DNA of 64,000 nt from Isurus oxyrinchus. Its lineage: Eukaryota. The stretch is from positions 153,078,001-153,142,000 of the forward strand of contig JANJGN010000008.1 of NCBI GenBank assembly GCA_026770705.1, given 5' to 3'. Shown piece after piece: positions 25,180 through 38,574 of this stretch (position 1 is its first letter; every line of letters begins with the position of its first letter). The translations under genes and the position numbers were made by a program. The notes under the pieces are model-generated. The model was not told where the DNA came from. It saw only the letters and a program-made list of their open reading frames with translations, and made no database searches.

Positions 25180-25274
25180 CCAGTGAAGACAAGGCAGAGC
25201 AGAGTACAAATCAGTATTGAAACTTGATTAGACATGGCGGATTGTGTCCTCTGAATGGCTCTATGCAAATCATT
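25180..25274 (-). CDS. KCNT1: KCNT channel coding exon (95 bp; S4-S5 linker and S5)
   Basis: ttctttctctccag|AAT GAT TTG CAT ... TTC ACT GG|gtgagt; encodes [31 protein letters not shown](G). Confidence 0.96.
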
Positions 25275-26786
25275 CTGGAGAGAAAGAAACTTCTGTTGGA
25301 GATCCAAATACAAATACAAACTGCCAGACAAGTCTGTGCAAATACATTTTCGTCAGCACCAAGGAGCTGTATTTTTCAACATGTAAAGATTAATTTCTCT
25401 CCTTAACAAATCAGCTTGAGTTGACAACGCAGGTTCTTAAAGTGGCACAATCTCTACCGCTCACCCCTGTGATGGTCCTGCATCACAATCAAGTGCAGCA
25501 GGTGGTGTCATTATGGTCTCATTGCACTTGTCACCCTATCAGGAAACATTAGGGATCCAGGCTTGGAGTGATGGTGGCACCAGGTGTAACAGCCATTGAC
25601 ATTGTGCCAATGGAGAGCATTCCATATTATGGGGTATCTCCAACTGCGCAGCATTCTCACAGTGCTGCAGTGAAGTGCCAAACTGGATTATGTGTTCGAG
25701 TCTCTGGCCCCGTGGTTTTCAATTTCAGTTAAAGAATCCTATCATTATTTTTTATTTGTTTACGGGATGTGGACATCGCTGGCTAGGCCAGGATTTATTG
25801 CCCATCCCTAATTGTCCTTGAGAAGGTGGTGGTGAGCCGTCTTCTTGAACTGCTGCAGTCCGTGTGGTGTAGATACACCCACAGTGCTGTTAGGGAGGGA
25901 ATTCCAGGATTGTGAACCAGCGATTATATTGCAAAATTTTGTGGAACCCCAATCCTCCCCTCCCCTCCCTCAGAAGCATCATTTGAACTGATAACCTTCT
26001 GACTAAGAGGTGTGCAAAAGTCCAGTCCCGCGGTAAGTCAACCAGTGGGCATTTTGAAGCTAATTGATAAATTAGACAAATTTAAAACTCTGCTCATCTC
26101 CACTATATTGTAATTCAGAAATTCGTGAAGAGGAGCTGCTAGCAAACTACAGTTTTAAGTACAGCCTGAGAATTAAGAAATCAACAGATGAACAGAATGA
26201 ATATAATAGCCAGAACAGCTAATTCAGCTCAGTTTCACTCCGTTAGTTAAGGATAGATGTTGCCTAGTTATTGAGCTGCATTTATCTCCCCTGCTGTTAT
26301 GTGGCTAATCGAGGAGGGCTTTTATTACAGAAATATGCACAATGTAACACAGGTTGTAAATTAGCTTTCTCTGACCTGTGAATGTTGATCGCTTGCTCAG
26401 TCACCTCCCACAACCACAGCTCCCCCACCCCAAATAACGATATTCTGAACCCTTGAGTAATGCCTATTCTTTCAAGTTGTGTGTCTTTCCAATAACTAGA
26501 TATTTATGCGGAAAGAAGAACTGCAAATGCCGGGAAGAAGATGGATTCTGATGAAATGTCTACTCCCAAACTGTTAATCAGTCTTCCTTCTTTTTAGATA
26601 TTGTGTATTCCCAACGTTTTGTGTTTACACATTTGAAGTATTTAATGACACAGGTCAATTTGCATCAATTCGATGGAACATCTTTCAAAAATCTAATCTT
26701 GGTTTATTTTTGGATTCAGAAACGTAAATGAAGTTCTTGGAAGTGCCTACAGGAAGTAGGATCAAAACTGATTCATTGTCACTTAC

Positions 26787-26870
26787 AATCATGTTCTCCA
26801 GTGCATGCTTGGCCAGCCAGCAGTTTAGAAACACTGGGATGAAGAGGTTCCTCAGGGGCGGCCAGAAAAT
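26787..26870 (-). CDS. KCNT1: KCNT channel coding exon (84 bp; S4)
   Basis: ctttccttccgttacag|ATT TTC TGG CCG ... ATG ATT|gtaagt; encodes [28 protein letters not shown] (visible inside ORF 26685..26900). Confidence 0.97.
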
Positions 26871-27061
26871 CTGTAACGGAAGGAAAGAGAACAGCTTCAC
26901 TCAGAAGGAAAACACAAGATAATATTAACAAAAGAAGTTCAATTTAACTCGTGTTTTTAACATAGAAACAACATCTCAAGGTGCTTCACAAATGGAAAAC
27001 AAGCAAAGCTGTGCAGCTCCAACAACACTCAAGAAACTGGACACCACCTAGGACAAATCCA

Positions 27062-27360
27062 GGGTTGGGATGGGGTTTCCAAAAGCAAACAAAAATAACA
27101 TAAAAGTTTTGCAACTGAATTAATAACATGTCCCTGCTTATGTGACAGAGTCACATGAGGGGACATGTTTCATTACATTTTTATTTTATTATTTTTTTGT
27201 TATATCTCTTCACCTCCCTGAGGCAGCTCTGTGCTGGCCAGGCCTTAATTGGCCTGTCAGCGAGAAATCGCAGAGCGGTGCCAATCGTGGGTGGTGGTTG
27301 GCTTCCCGACCACCCTCGCCCTCCCTGCTGAGCCCACCCGCCAAGGGCAAAGTTCTGCCT
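27062..27360. mobile_element. PIF/Harbinger-type MITE, partial
   Basis: catgtccctgcttatgtgacagagtcacatgaggggacatg palindrome; ends aaagttctgcc. Confidence 0.65.
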
Positions 27361-29119
27361 ATCTTAAATAGTCAGTTATATTAAAGTACCATTAACACAG
27401 ATACTTATACTTTAAACCAAACTTCTTAACTCAACTTTCCTTCTGCACCCATTTGACTTATAGCCCCCAATAACTCAGGAATTGGAAGATTTGATCTGAG
27501 TGCTGTTTCAAAGATTTGTAAAAGGGCCGAGATTTCTTGCATGTTCCACTTGCCTCTGGCAAAGTTGTCCCTTCAAATTTCCTCCAACTGACCCACAGTT
27601 GTAGACTTCCAGTTCACACACAGGCATCTTAAGCGTAGCCACCTCAGGTCAGAACTCCCCTGGTTCTAATGTTCTTTAACTTTGGAGCCTGGCATCTAAA
27701 ACTCTCTCTTTCTCTCTCTTCCTCTTCTCAGCTTGGCTATCCTAGAAGTTAAACCCACTGTTGGTCGAGTTCTTCAGCTATCAAGTTTTCTACATCCTTT
27801 TAGCCGGTATACAGAATTTCAACTAAACTCTGCTTGAAAGAGATGTTTCCTGCAGCAAGCCTGTTCTCAACTAAAAATAAAACCCTACTTGAGATCACAG
27901 CCATACCCACATTCTAACCCCCTATAACTAACTTCTTGTTGACCCTTTTCCTATTGCTTATCTCACAGGCAACTTGGTCACATGATCAGTTGCAAGCAGC
28001 GAGGTGCTTTACCAGAAATCATCTCCTAGCGAATCCTATTTCTTAAAGGGACCATCTCCACAACATAAAATATAAGTTTTCCCCCCAAAAAACAAATCTA
28101 ACTGTCCTATTTTAGAATGCCAGTTGATGAAGTGTATGGAACTAATCTTTACTTAGCTGTATCTTTATTTACAAAATGAAACATTACAAGCATACACCTC
28201 CTAAATCAACCACAGCACAGTTTCAATAAGTGTCTCTTTACATGTGCTCAACTGAAACCCCCATTAATGCCCACCAGCTGCATAAAGTTAAACACTAATA
28301 TAATACAATTAACACTAATATCATGAAAACTGGTTATTGACAGATAATTTTAAGGTTTTTTGAAATGAAAGTTCTTTGGCTTCATAGGCATTGAAACATG
28401 ATGGGGAGAATCATTGCTCTGTGGCTACCAATATATTTGTATCAGCTTGTAGATCATGAATCCTTTCAATGTGACATGTTGGATATGATAGGAATTAGCA
28501 GTCCCAACTTGAAACAGAATCTGAACTAAAATTCTCAGTAAAAACCTGAGAAATCCTCAGGGTTTAAAAGTGCCTCAATACTGATTGTGAGGTTTGCTCT
28601 CTAGATCTATTGGGCTCAGTAGCTCTTTCAAGGAAGAGTTTCTCCAAAGAAAGCAGCACAGTTAATTATTTGTATTGTACTTTAAAAAAAGGCTATTAAA
28701 ATAACCTATAACTTTTTGCACTCTATATAAAAAGAGCAGTAGTGAAATGGCTTATTGATAAATTTATTCCAAATGCTGTCGACTTACTTTTCTTACACTT
28801 CACACTTGGATGGAACAAGGCAGCAGCAGTAGACATTATGGTCCAGATTTTCTGGTCCCTGGACCATTGGAGACTAGACGTATGACCCAAGATGCACGTT
28901 GGGACCCCGTGGGATTCCCAGTGTGCTTACTCTGTGGGAATTGCCAAAGAAGTTTGAACTTCCAATGGGAAATTCCTCTGTCCCCTGGCGCCCTCCAAAA
29001 ATGTCTTGGATGCTGAGTTAGAGTTGGAAACTTTGGAGAGTTCGGACTTCCTTACCTGGATAGCTACCCAGGAAATGTTAGACAGAAAAATCCTAGTCTA
29101 ACTCCTGGATAGCTATATA

Positions 29120-29495
29120 ACTGACCCTCCAATCACTCACACTGCCCACCCCAAGTGACGCCCCACTTAAACCCCCAAGTACCCCCCTCACCCAACCCAA
29201 CTACTCCTCTGAACTGACCCGATTACCCTCCCAACCTGACCAAACTAGCCTCCAAACTGACAACCTCACCCGACCCAGCTACCCCCTGACACACCTACCC
29301 ACTCATCCATCTACTCACCTCATCCACCTGCCATCCTACCCACCTGCCATCCTACCACCTAACCCACCTACAACTCTACCACCTCACCCACCTGCCACCC
29401 TACCCACTTACCTTACCCACTCTACCCACTTACCCACATACCTCATCCACCTACCTACCCTACCCATTCACTCATTCATACATCCGCCCATTCAT
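29120..29495. repeat. C/A-rich low-complexity tandem-like repeat (cacctaccc units), probably inside a degenerate MITE at ~28840-29680
   Basis: Direct inspection. Confidence 0.7.
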
Positions 29496-29681
29496 TAAAG
29501 TTCACACTGGGCATTTAAATCAACTTTAAGGTGTCTAGTACCATAAAACAGTCACTTGACAGTTCTCTGTGTGGATTCCTGTGCTGAGGGAGTTCCTCTG
29601 CATTGTGTATCGGAGATCTAGCTTTTTCAAACATATCCAGGTAAGTGGGTAGTTTTCTGTCTGGTCAGTATTGGATACAGT

Positions 29682-30707
29682 GGGCACCATTTTGCTCTTG
29701 GCGGGGGTGTTTGGCAAGGACGGGCGGGGCGGTCAGGAAGCTGACCAGCCGTCCACGATTGGCTCCACACCGCGACTTCATGCTGGCAGGCCAATTAAAG
29801 CCCGGTCAGCGTGCAACGCAAGCGGCAGCCGTGCTGGCTGTATGTGGGGTGGGAGTGGGGGGTGGGGGAAGAGGGTGAGCGGGCCTAGCGTGATCTTCGC
29901 GCATGCACGTGAAAGAGCGTTTCAATCTCCCTGAGGCACGGAGCTGCCTCAAGGAGATGAAGCGCTGTTTGAAACAAAGTAAAGGAATAAGATTGTCATA
30001 CAACATGTCCCCTCAAGTGACTCTGTCACATGAGCTCGGATATGTTTTTGATTCAAAAATAACATTTTTACCTGACATTTATATGCTTTAGGAAATCTCA
30101 TCCCGCCCGTCATCCCATGTCATTTCAATTTTCAGGTTGGCAGGGGCACAGCCGAATCAGCTATGTGCCCACCGACCTGTCAAAGGCCAATTGAGGCCAG
30201 TTAAAAACTAATTGAAGTCATTGAAGGACCTGCCCGTCCAACCTTAAGGTTAGCGGGCAGGATGGAAAACCTGGCGGCCTTCAGAAAAAGCATGAAACCT
30301 CAACCACAGGTAGGATGAGGTTTCATGTCGGGTTTTAAAAATTTAATGAAAGTTTAACTAAAAGCGAGGGACATGTCCCAACTCATATGACAGTGTCACA
30401 TGAGGGGACATGTCAGGGAAATTTTATTTTTCTATATTTCACATTTTTGAATTTGGCGCCGATCTCCCTGAGGCAGCACTTAGCCTCAGGCTCAGGTACA
30501 TCAGTGTGCTCTTTTGCATGAAAGGGCGCAGTCTTGGCTGAGGGATCTCCCCCCCACCCAGCCCCGCACAGGGAGTGCATAGCGCTCCCTGGTGGATGTC
30601 ATTCTGGGCGGGCCTTAATTGGCTCGCCCACGTAAAATAGCAGCACGCCTCCCATCAGGGGCGTGAGCTTCTGAACCTCCCCCCCAACAGTGGGAAAATT
30701 CTTCCCT
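29682..30707. mobile_element. Two fused partial PIF/Harbinger-type MITEs in opposite orientation
   Basis: Family palindromes occur twice (30003-30043, 30371-30412); junction near 30110. Confidence 0.65.
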
Positions 30708-30709
30708 GT

Positions 30710-31830
30710 GGTTACAACAGCAGGTCAGAGGCTGGGAATTCTGTGGCAATTAATTCATCTCCTGATTCCCCAAAGCCTGTCCACTATCTACAAGTCAGGG
30801 GTCTGGTGGAATACTCCCCCGTTGCCTGGATGAGTGCAGCTTCAACAACACTCAAGAAGCTGGACACAATCCAGGACAAAGCAGTCTGCTTGATTAGCAC
30901 CCCATCCACCACCTTCACCAATCACTCCCTCCAAAACGAATGCATTGTGGCTACAGTGTGTACTACAACAACTCCCTGGGGATTCTTCAACGCCATTTTC
31001 CAAACCTGTGATCTCCACCGCCTAGAAGAACAAGGGCAGCAAGCACATAGGAACTTCACCACCGGTAAATTCCCCTCCATGCATCGTCCTGTTTTGGAAA
31101 AATATCGCCGTTCCTTCTTTAACATAGGAACGTCCTCCCGAACAGCATTGTGGGTGTACCTGCACACATGGGCTGCAGCAGCTCAAGGAGGCAGCTCACA
31201 AAAACCTTCTCAAAGGCCATGATGGACACGGCGGGCAGGCCTGGAAGTGGCTGGGAGATGGACCCGCTGCCCGCGATCGGCCCCCGACCCACGATTTCAC
31301 GCTCTCTGGCCAATTAACGGGCAGCCAGCGTGAAAGGTGCGCTGAAAGGGGTGGGGGGGGGGGGGGTGGGATGAGGGTGAGTGCAAAAGTCTCCTCATGC
31401 GCCAGGGGTGGGGAGCGCGCACTGACAGCTCCCTGTAGGCTCAAAAATTCTGCTCAAAAATTTATATTTATTTTTTATTTAATTGTAGGAGCCTCATCTC
31501 GCCTGTGGATGAGGTTTGCGAAAAAGTCAAAAGGCCGCCTGCCCCGCGTAACGTTGGACGGGCAGCGAAAAATAGCTTTCAACTGATCGATTAGGGGCCT
31601 CAATAGGCCTCTTAATTGTCGGTGGGCGCGCTGCCGACTCTCGCCCATGCCCACCTACCGAAATATCGCGTGAGTGCGCGATGACATCGGGACGCTTGCT
31701 CCACGTCACCGCGCACTATTTTACACCCGATGGGGTCGGGCGCGTGCCCATCTGCCTGCCTGCGGGATGTAAAATCCTACCCCTGGCCTTGCCAGCAATG
31801 CCCACCTCCCGTTGACAAATACTAAAGAAA
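30710..31830 (+). mobile_element. CR1-clade LINE 3' end interrupted near its tail by a Harbinger MITE (31225-31783)
   Basis: ORF 30743..31222 VEYSPVAWMSAASTTLKKLDTIQDKA; tail resumes tggccttgccagcaatgcccac at ~31784. Confidence 0.75.
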
Positions 31831-33374
31831 AAAGTAGCCTCAATTTACAATGGCTGGCATTATGTGAAATTACTGTGATTGTCTGGACACAAAAACCCCT
31901 CATTAGAATGACGAAGATTCAAGTTGCTACATGGATAATGATTGGCTTGGGATACTGAATGGGTGACCTTTACATCTGCCTGATGCACACAGCAGATTCA
32001 CATACACTGAGGTGCCCAAGTTCACCCATGGTACTGGATCCTCGAAAAACATTTTGCAGCGCAGTCTTCATGGGGTCCGTTGCCATAGTAAAGTGCCTTT
32101 CAAAACACTATTACAGCTAGACAGTGAAGTGCGTAATGATTCTAATAAGGCACCCACCACATCCAGTGCTACTAAATTTATAGCTTTTAATCTCAGTATT
32201 AATAAACTTGAAGCTAGGAATATGGAAAAACATCGGCCTGCAGGAGAAACAGCAGAAAGTACAAAAATCTAGTGTGCCAGAAATTTTCAGAAGGTATTGC
32301 AAAGGATCAATCACATGGGATTGCTAATTATATCCCTATATATTAACTGAATTGTGTTCAGTAAATGTTTAAATGGAAAATTATTTCACCAGCAGTTTAC
32401 CGCTTTGATATGGACAGACTCTGTGACAAGGTTTTGAGAGGTTGTAAATCTTTTGAGTCAACCAAATGAACTAAATTAACAAAATTAGTAACAAAGTAAA
32501 ATGCAGCCCCTTAAAAGGAAACAGCAAAAGCAAAAACAAAATTTAAAGGAAACTTGCAAACATTAAACCAAAGTGTGATTAATAGGGTCAATAAAAGGTG
32601 AAACTGAATATATAGACAGAGCACCTTCTGTAAATAATTTGTCTTTTGACTTCCTAGAGGCCCATTAGAGTTGTGACAATTTTATAGCGGTTCGGGGTCT
32701 GTAAACTTGAAGGTAGTTGTATTAACACATGAACGGTTGTTTGTGAAGAGAACACTGGAAGAAGTTATCTGTCAAAGGGGTGCAGCCTCAGGGGATGGGA
32801 AGGTTACATGTGCACATGAAGGTTAGAAGACCTTTGATAGTTTCTATGACTGGTTTCATCCTAAGGGTTTGATTGACTGATCAATCAGGAGGCGTAAGTC
32901 ATTGACAGCGGAACAATGAAAGGAACATTAAGTGATTCTAAGCCAATGCAAGGTTGGGTGGAAAAATGATACAAAACATTGTTAGGCCGATTTTTCACAG
33001 GCAAGGCAGTCAAGGGTTGGGAGGAGGGGGGGTGGCCAGGCAGAAAGTAGAGTTAAAGCCACAATCAAATCAGCCCTGATCTTATTGAATGGTGGAGCAG
33101 GCTTGAGGGGCTGAATGGCCCACTCCTGTTCCTATTTCCAGTGTTCTTATGTACCTTGAAACAGTTACTGCTGCAAGGGAAACCTCAGAATTTGATGAGG
33201 CTTAATCTGTTGACAGTTCAGCTGTTAATGTCTGTAAAAACTTGTAGGTGGTGATGTTAGGTGCATATTTAATTATTGAAAATAATATATATCATACACT
33301 TGAGGAGTAACATTAGTAGGAACATAAATCCTCAAACACACATTACCTTTCCTGATCTGAGCTTCGATGAGAAC

Positions 33375-33765
33375 ATACATTAAAAATCAACAAAGATTCA
33401 CATTCATATAGTGTTCTTCACAGTCAATGAAGTACTTTTTGAAGTATAGTTACTGTTGTAATGTAACACAACAGCCAATTTTCTCACAGCAATCTCCCAC
33501 AAACAGCAATGTAATAATGATAAATTTTGTTTAAGCCATCGGATATGCCTCCCCTGTTCTTCAAAATAGTATGAATGGATCTTTTACATCCACCTGCGAG
33601 GTTGGACAGGCTTTAAGGTCTCCTCGAAAGATTGCACCTCTGAGCATCCAGCACTCCTTCTGTACTGCTCCAGAGTGCCAGCTGTAATTTTTGTGCTCAA
33701 GCTTAGGAAGGGGACTTGAGCCTGGAACCTTGGACAAGAGAGCTACCAACTGAGCCACGGTCAAC
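33375..33765 (-). mobile_element. DeuSINE-type SINE
   Basis: Reverse complement resembles 11630-12075 (gtggctcagttggtagc ... gtaaaagatcc). Confidence 0.7.
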
Positions 33766-33952
33766 ACTCACGGTGATGGCATCATGGTGACACTGTCCCT
33801 ATGCCACTGGGACATGGGCAGGAAGAGGGAGCGACATTCAAACTCAATACTGCCGCTATAATAGCATTTTATTTGGAAAATCAAGACGAGGATCCCACTT
33901 TTCCATAAAATAAACTTCAAATGAAAAATTAGTCTGATTAGTGTAAAACATG

Positions 33953-34483
33953 GGGAGGATTTTCCCTTTGTCGGGCACAGCATGAAAGGCGCACTGAAGA
34001 GCTCAGCGCTGCTGGGGTGGAGGCAGGAGAGGGTGAGTGTGGAAGTCTGCGCATGGGCAGTGTAGCATGCGCTGACAACTCCCTGAGGGCACAGAGCTGC
34101 TGACCAATAAAGATTTTGCCAATGAAATAAACATATCCCCACATGTGACTCAGTCACATGAAGAGGGACTTGTTAAAAATGTTGAAACATTTTTCTTTAG
34201 TTACTGCTGGAAACATCATCCCACCAGTGGGTAAGGTTTCATTAAAAATCCAAAGGCCGCCTGGCCGATTCGCCAGCCCCCCCGCCACCTGTAAGATTGG
34301 AAAGGCAGCGACAAATAACGTTCAATTATTCGATTAAGGGCCTCAGTGGGCCTCTTAACTGTTGCCGACTGAAATATCGCACGAGTGAGCAATATTGGGA
34401 CGCTCGCCCGACATCATCACCCGCGATTTTACACCCGATCGGGTCAGGCGCCCGCCCACCCAGGGGGCATAAAATCCTGCCCC
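33953..34483. mobile_element. PIF/Harbinger-type MITE
   Basis: atg|gggaggattttccc ... aaaatcctgcccc|gtg. Confidence 0.75.
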
Positions 34484-35089
34484 GTGTTTTTTTAATTAGT
34501 ATTTGTATTTGGGCTGGTTCAAGAAGGAAGCTCACCACCATCTTCTCAAGGGTCAATTAGGAATGGGCAATAGGTCGCATCCCACGAACGAATGAAAAGC
34601 TTTTTCCGTCACTTCTATCTCACCCTGCCCTCTGCCATTCTAAACAGCTTTTGCCATTAAGAAGGGATGTTCGTCTTGAGCAATGAACCATTTTCCATTT
34701 TGAGTACTCAGTGTTAAAATGGACACCTCAGATCAAGCATATGATTGATCTACACCATCCCACCCCACCTGCCTCCTATTGCAACAGAGTGACATGTATC
34801 CATTTCCCACACCAGTCATTCTTTTGGCCTTGAATGAGACTTCCAATTTAATGCAAATTATTATTGAATTGGGGAGGTTTTGTATGCTGTTTATCCATGT
34901 TCACCGAGGGTTGGATTATAGAATGCTCAGATGTATCTCACATTAGGGCCCCATACAGAATAAACCCCAAATTAATCGTAATTATGTTGTTGCCCTAACA
35001 GCTGCCATCCTGAAACATTACAGCAGCGGAGTCACAAGTCGTGCACGGCTTTGAAAAAAGCACAGGTAAAAAGCACAGCAATGACTTAC

Positions 35090-35164
35090 TGTGATAATGA
35101 AAGGAACTGTGTTGATCATTTCAAGGATAAATGATACTCGGAAAATTTGCTCCCAGATATTCCC
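35090..35164 (-). CDS. KCNT1: KCNT channel coding exon (75 bp; S3)
   Basis: ttttgatctttacag|GGG AAT ATC TGG ... ATC ACA|gtaagt; encodes [25 protein letters not shown]. Confidence 0.96.
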
Positions 35165-35363
35165 CTGTAAAGATCAAAATAGCATCAATTGACATTTTTT
35201 ACATGAAATTTCACAATTTCTGTTTAGCTTTTCCAACCTTTGAAATTCAGTATCCAATAATGCTAAATTGTATGTCTGTATAAAGGTAAATTCACTGATA
35301 TGATTACACAGTGCTGGTTTCAAACCTGTTCTCCATCCAAATGCAGCTCCCCCTGGGAGCATG

Positions 35364-36073
35364 GGGCAGGATCTTCCCCCCGTTGGGGGCGAAGTTGAAG
35401 GGCAGGCACACAGAGGCGCACTTCCGATCGGTGCCCCCGATTGGTGGTGCAGCGCCATTTTATGTGGCCGGGCCAATTAAGGCCCGCCCAGCGTGACGTC
35501 TGCACGGAAGTGCTATGCGCTCCCTGTGAGGGCAGAGGGGGGAGTCCCTGAGCCGACAGTGTGCTCTTTCGCACATGCACACGGAAGAGCGCACTCATCT
35601 CCCTGAGGCTAAGTGCAGCCTCAGGGAGGTCAGCTCTAAATGTCAAAAAGCTAAAAATAGAAAAATAAAATTTCCCTAACATGTCCCCTCATGTGACACT
35701 GTCACATGAGTTGAGACATGTCCATAATTTTTACAAAAACTTTATTAAAATTTTTTAAAACCTACATGAAACTTCATCCTGCCCGTGGATGAGGCTTCAT
35801 GGTTTTTCTAATTCGCACCAGGGCTCCTGGACTGCCGGCCAACCTTAAGGTTGGACGGGCCGGTCCACTAATTAGTTTAATGACTCTGTCAGTGGCCTCA
35901 ATTGGCTGTTGACAGGTTGGCGGGGACGCAGCTAATTTTGCTGCGCCCCCGCCTACCGGAAAATTTAAATAGGGCGCGGTGACGTCGGGAGTTCCGCCCA
36001 ATGTCACCGGGCGTCATTTTATGTGTCAGCAAGTGGGCCCTGCCCCTTGCTCACCGACAGTAAAACCCAGCCC
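35364..36073. mobile_element. Full-length PIF/Harbinger-type MITE (710 bp)
   Basis: atg|gggcaggatcttc ... gtaaaacccagccc|atg: TIRs with 3-bp TSD; three internal hairpins. Confidence 0.8.
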
Positions 36074-37069
36074 ATGGAGTTGATTAATTTTTAAAAATTC
36101 TTTCATGGGACGTGGGCATCACTGGCAAGGCCAGCATTTGTTGCCTGCACCTAATAGCCCTTGGACTGCTCGGAGAATTCAGGCAGCAGTTAACAGTGAA
36201 TCACATTGCTGTGGGTTTGGAGACACACGTAGGCCAGACCAGGTTAAGGATGGCAGATTTCCTTCCTTAAGGGATATTAGTGAACCAGATGGGTTTTTAC
36301 GTCAATCAACAATAGCTTGCATGACTAGCTTTCAATTTTTGATTTATTAATTAACTACAAATTCTACCAACTACCATGGTGGAATTTGAACCCACACTTC
36401 CAGAGCTTTAGCCTGGGCCTCTGAATTACTAATGGAGTAACATTTCTGCTATACCACCATCTGCTCTGTGCCTTAGGGCAGGAACTGTGCCATACAATTG
36501 ATTTATTTTTTCAGTTATTTATTGGACTGTTTTAATTCTACCACCAGGACGCTGCACATCTCTTGATACCGAGCTTTCACAGTTGTCTATGCAACAGGAG
36601 CTGAGATTAGTTTATTGGGGGGTTGGTTGAAATTATCTGACTCCAGTGTATTGCAAAATGTATAAAGAGGGATAATATTGTGGCCAAAACTACTTCCCCT
36701 TGTTTCCAATATAGATTTTGGGAAAGCACTTCAAAGTGGTTTCAAAGCATAATATTCAACTAAGTCAAAATGCTTATTTGAAGAGCCGGTACAGACACAA
36801 TGGGCCAAATGGCCTCCTTCTGCACCATAACAATTCTGTGATTCTAAGAGTAGATTAGATTTGAATTGCTATCTCTTATATCCCTTTATTAGATTTTTTC
36901 TAATTAACAGTTATTTAAAGTTAAACTGTGCATTGATATCTAAGTACCTCTAATCAAATAACACAAAGGACAAGTTAAGTAATTGGCTATTTGTATCAAT
37001 TTGTTCTTTAGATAATCAACAAGATGATACATTTCAGGGGAAGCTAGATAAAGAACATGAGGGAGAAAA

Positions 37070-37478
37070 TTGGAATTTAAAAGAATGAGAGGTGATCTAA
37101 TTGAAACATGTAAGATCCCGAGGGGACTTGATAGGGTAGATAATGGAAGGACATTTCCACTTGTGAGAAAGATCAGAACAAGGGGACACAGTTTAAAAAT
37201 AAGAGGTCTACTGCTTAGACTGAAGTGACAATTTATTTCTGTCAGAGGGTCGTTGGTACGTGGAATTCCCTTACCCAAAAAGCAGTGGAGGCTGGGTCAT
37301 TGAAGTTATTCACAGCTGAGTAAGATAAATTTTCGACAGGCAAGGAAATCAAGAGTTATAGGGGGCAGACAAGAAAGTGAGTTGAGACCATAACCAGATC
37401 AGCCACGGTCTTATTGAATGGCAGAGCAGGTTCGAAGGGCTGAATGGCCTAATCCTGCTCCTAAGTCCGAGTTCCTAG
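37070..37478 (+). mobile_element. CR1 LINE 3' fragment
   Basis: agaatgagaggtgatctaattgaaac (RMRGDLIET), tggaattccctta (WNSL), tail gggctgaatggcctaatcctgctcc. Confidence 0.85.
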
Positions 37479-38514
37479 AAATAGGATGGTATTTTGATAG
37501 GGTTAGGTGAAGGAGGGTACAAGGTGACTCATGTGGACCATAAACACTTGTATATCCCTGTTGGACCAAATGGACAGTTTGGCAAGGCATCCAAACATTG
37601 ACCCCCCCACCCCCCCTCCCCCCTTTAAGGGCCTATGTAAGGATGAAACACAGTTGTACAGTACTAATGAACTATTAATCCTCACAATTCTCATCAAATT
37701 GAATAAAATGCTCTTTAAAACATTGGACATATTCTGTGAACAATATACAATTAGCCGGAGATGTGACAAGTGTGAGGCCACTTAAAACTCACCATTACTA
37801 AGAGAACAGTTCAGTTGGTTTCACTTATGCACATGTACATCATCTCACCGTCTAATCCCATTAGCAATTTCTCTTATATTCAGTCATGACCTTCATTTAC
37901 GTACTTCAAGTTGTCCTTCCTACTTCTCATAAACAAAGTTCCGCATCTCTAAATATCAAGATTAAGTGATAAAATAAGAGAATGCACTTTGGTGCTATTT
38001 ATTGGATATCTGCCAATTTTCCTGGGTTTGTGGTTTCAAATCCTGCCAGGGCAGATAAAATGAAAGTCACCTCTTTTAATGCTAATAAAATTAAAGTTCA
38101 TCATCTCAATTCAGTGCAGCACAAGCTGCTCCAAGGGAAACACTGCATAGTCATCTCGCTCAGCCTTCATAGGAGGAATAGGTGCAGACCTGGTCACTAT
38201 ATTACACAGGGACATCATCGCACTGGAAAAAGTGCATAAAAAGGGCTTATCTAACACCAGACAAATAGCAGAAATAAATGTTTATTTATGTTTGTCATAA
38301 AAGAGGCCCTGATGGTCTGAACCTTAAATCCTGAGGGTAGAAAAATGCATTATGAGCTACTAAATCTGCCAAAAAGGTGAGCATGCAATCAAACCTTTAA
38401 TGATGCACCATACAGAATCAACAGATTAAAAAAAAAGACCATAATTACTACATCAGAATTTGGCTTAGAATAGTTTATCTTTCATAGATAATCATTAGTA
38501 ATGTCGATTCTTAC

Positions 38515-38574
38515 CTTGTAGCTTAAATAGGTGAGGAGCATACTCTCCAGGAAACTAATTAAGGCCACTGTAAC
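38515..38574 (-). CDS. KCNT1: KCNT channel coding exon (60 bp; S2)
   Basis: ttttatttttctgtag|GTT ACA GTG GCC ... TAC AAG|gtaaga; encodes VTVALISFLESMLLTYLSYK. Confidence 0.95.
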
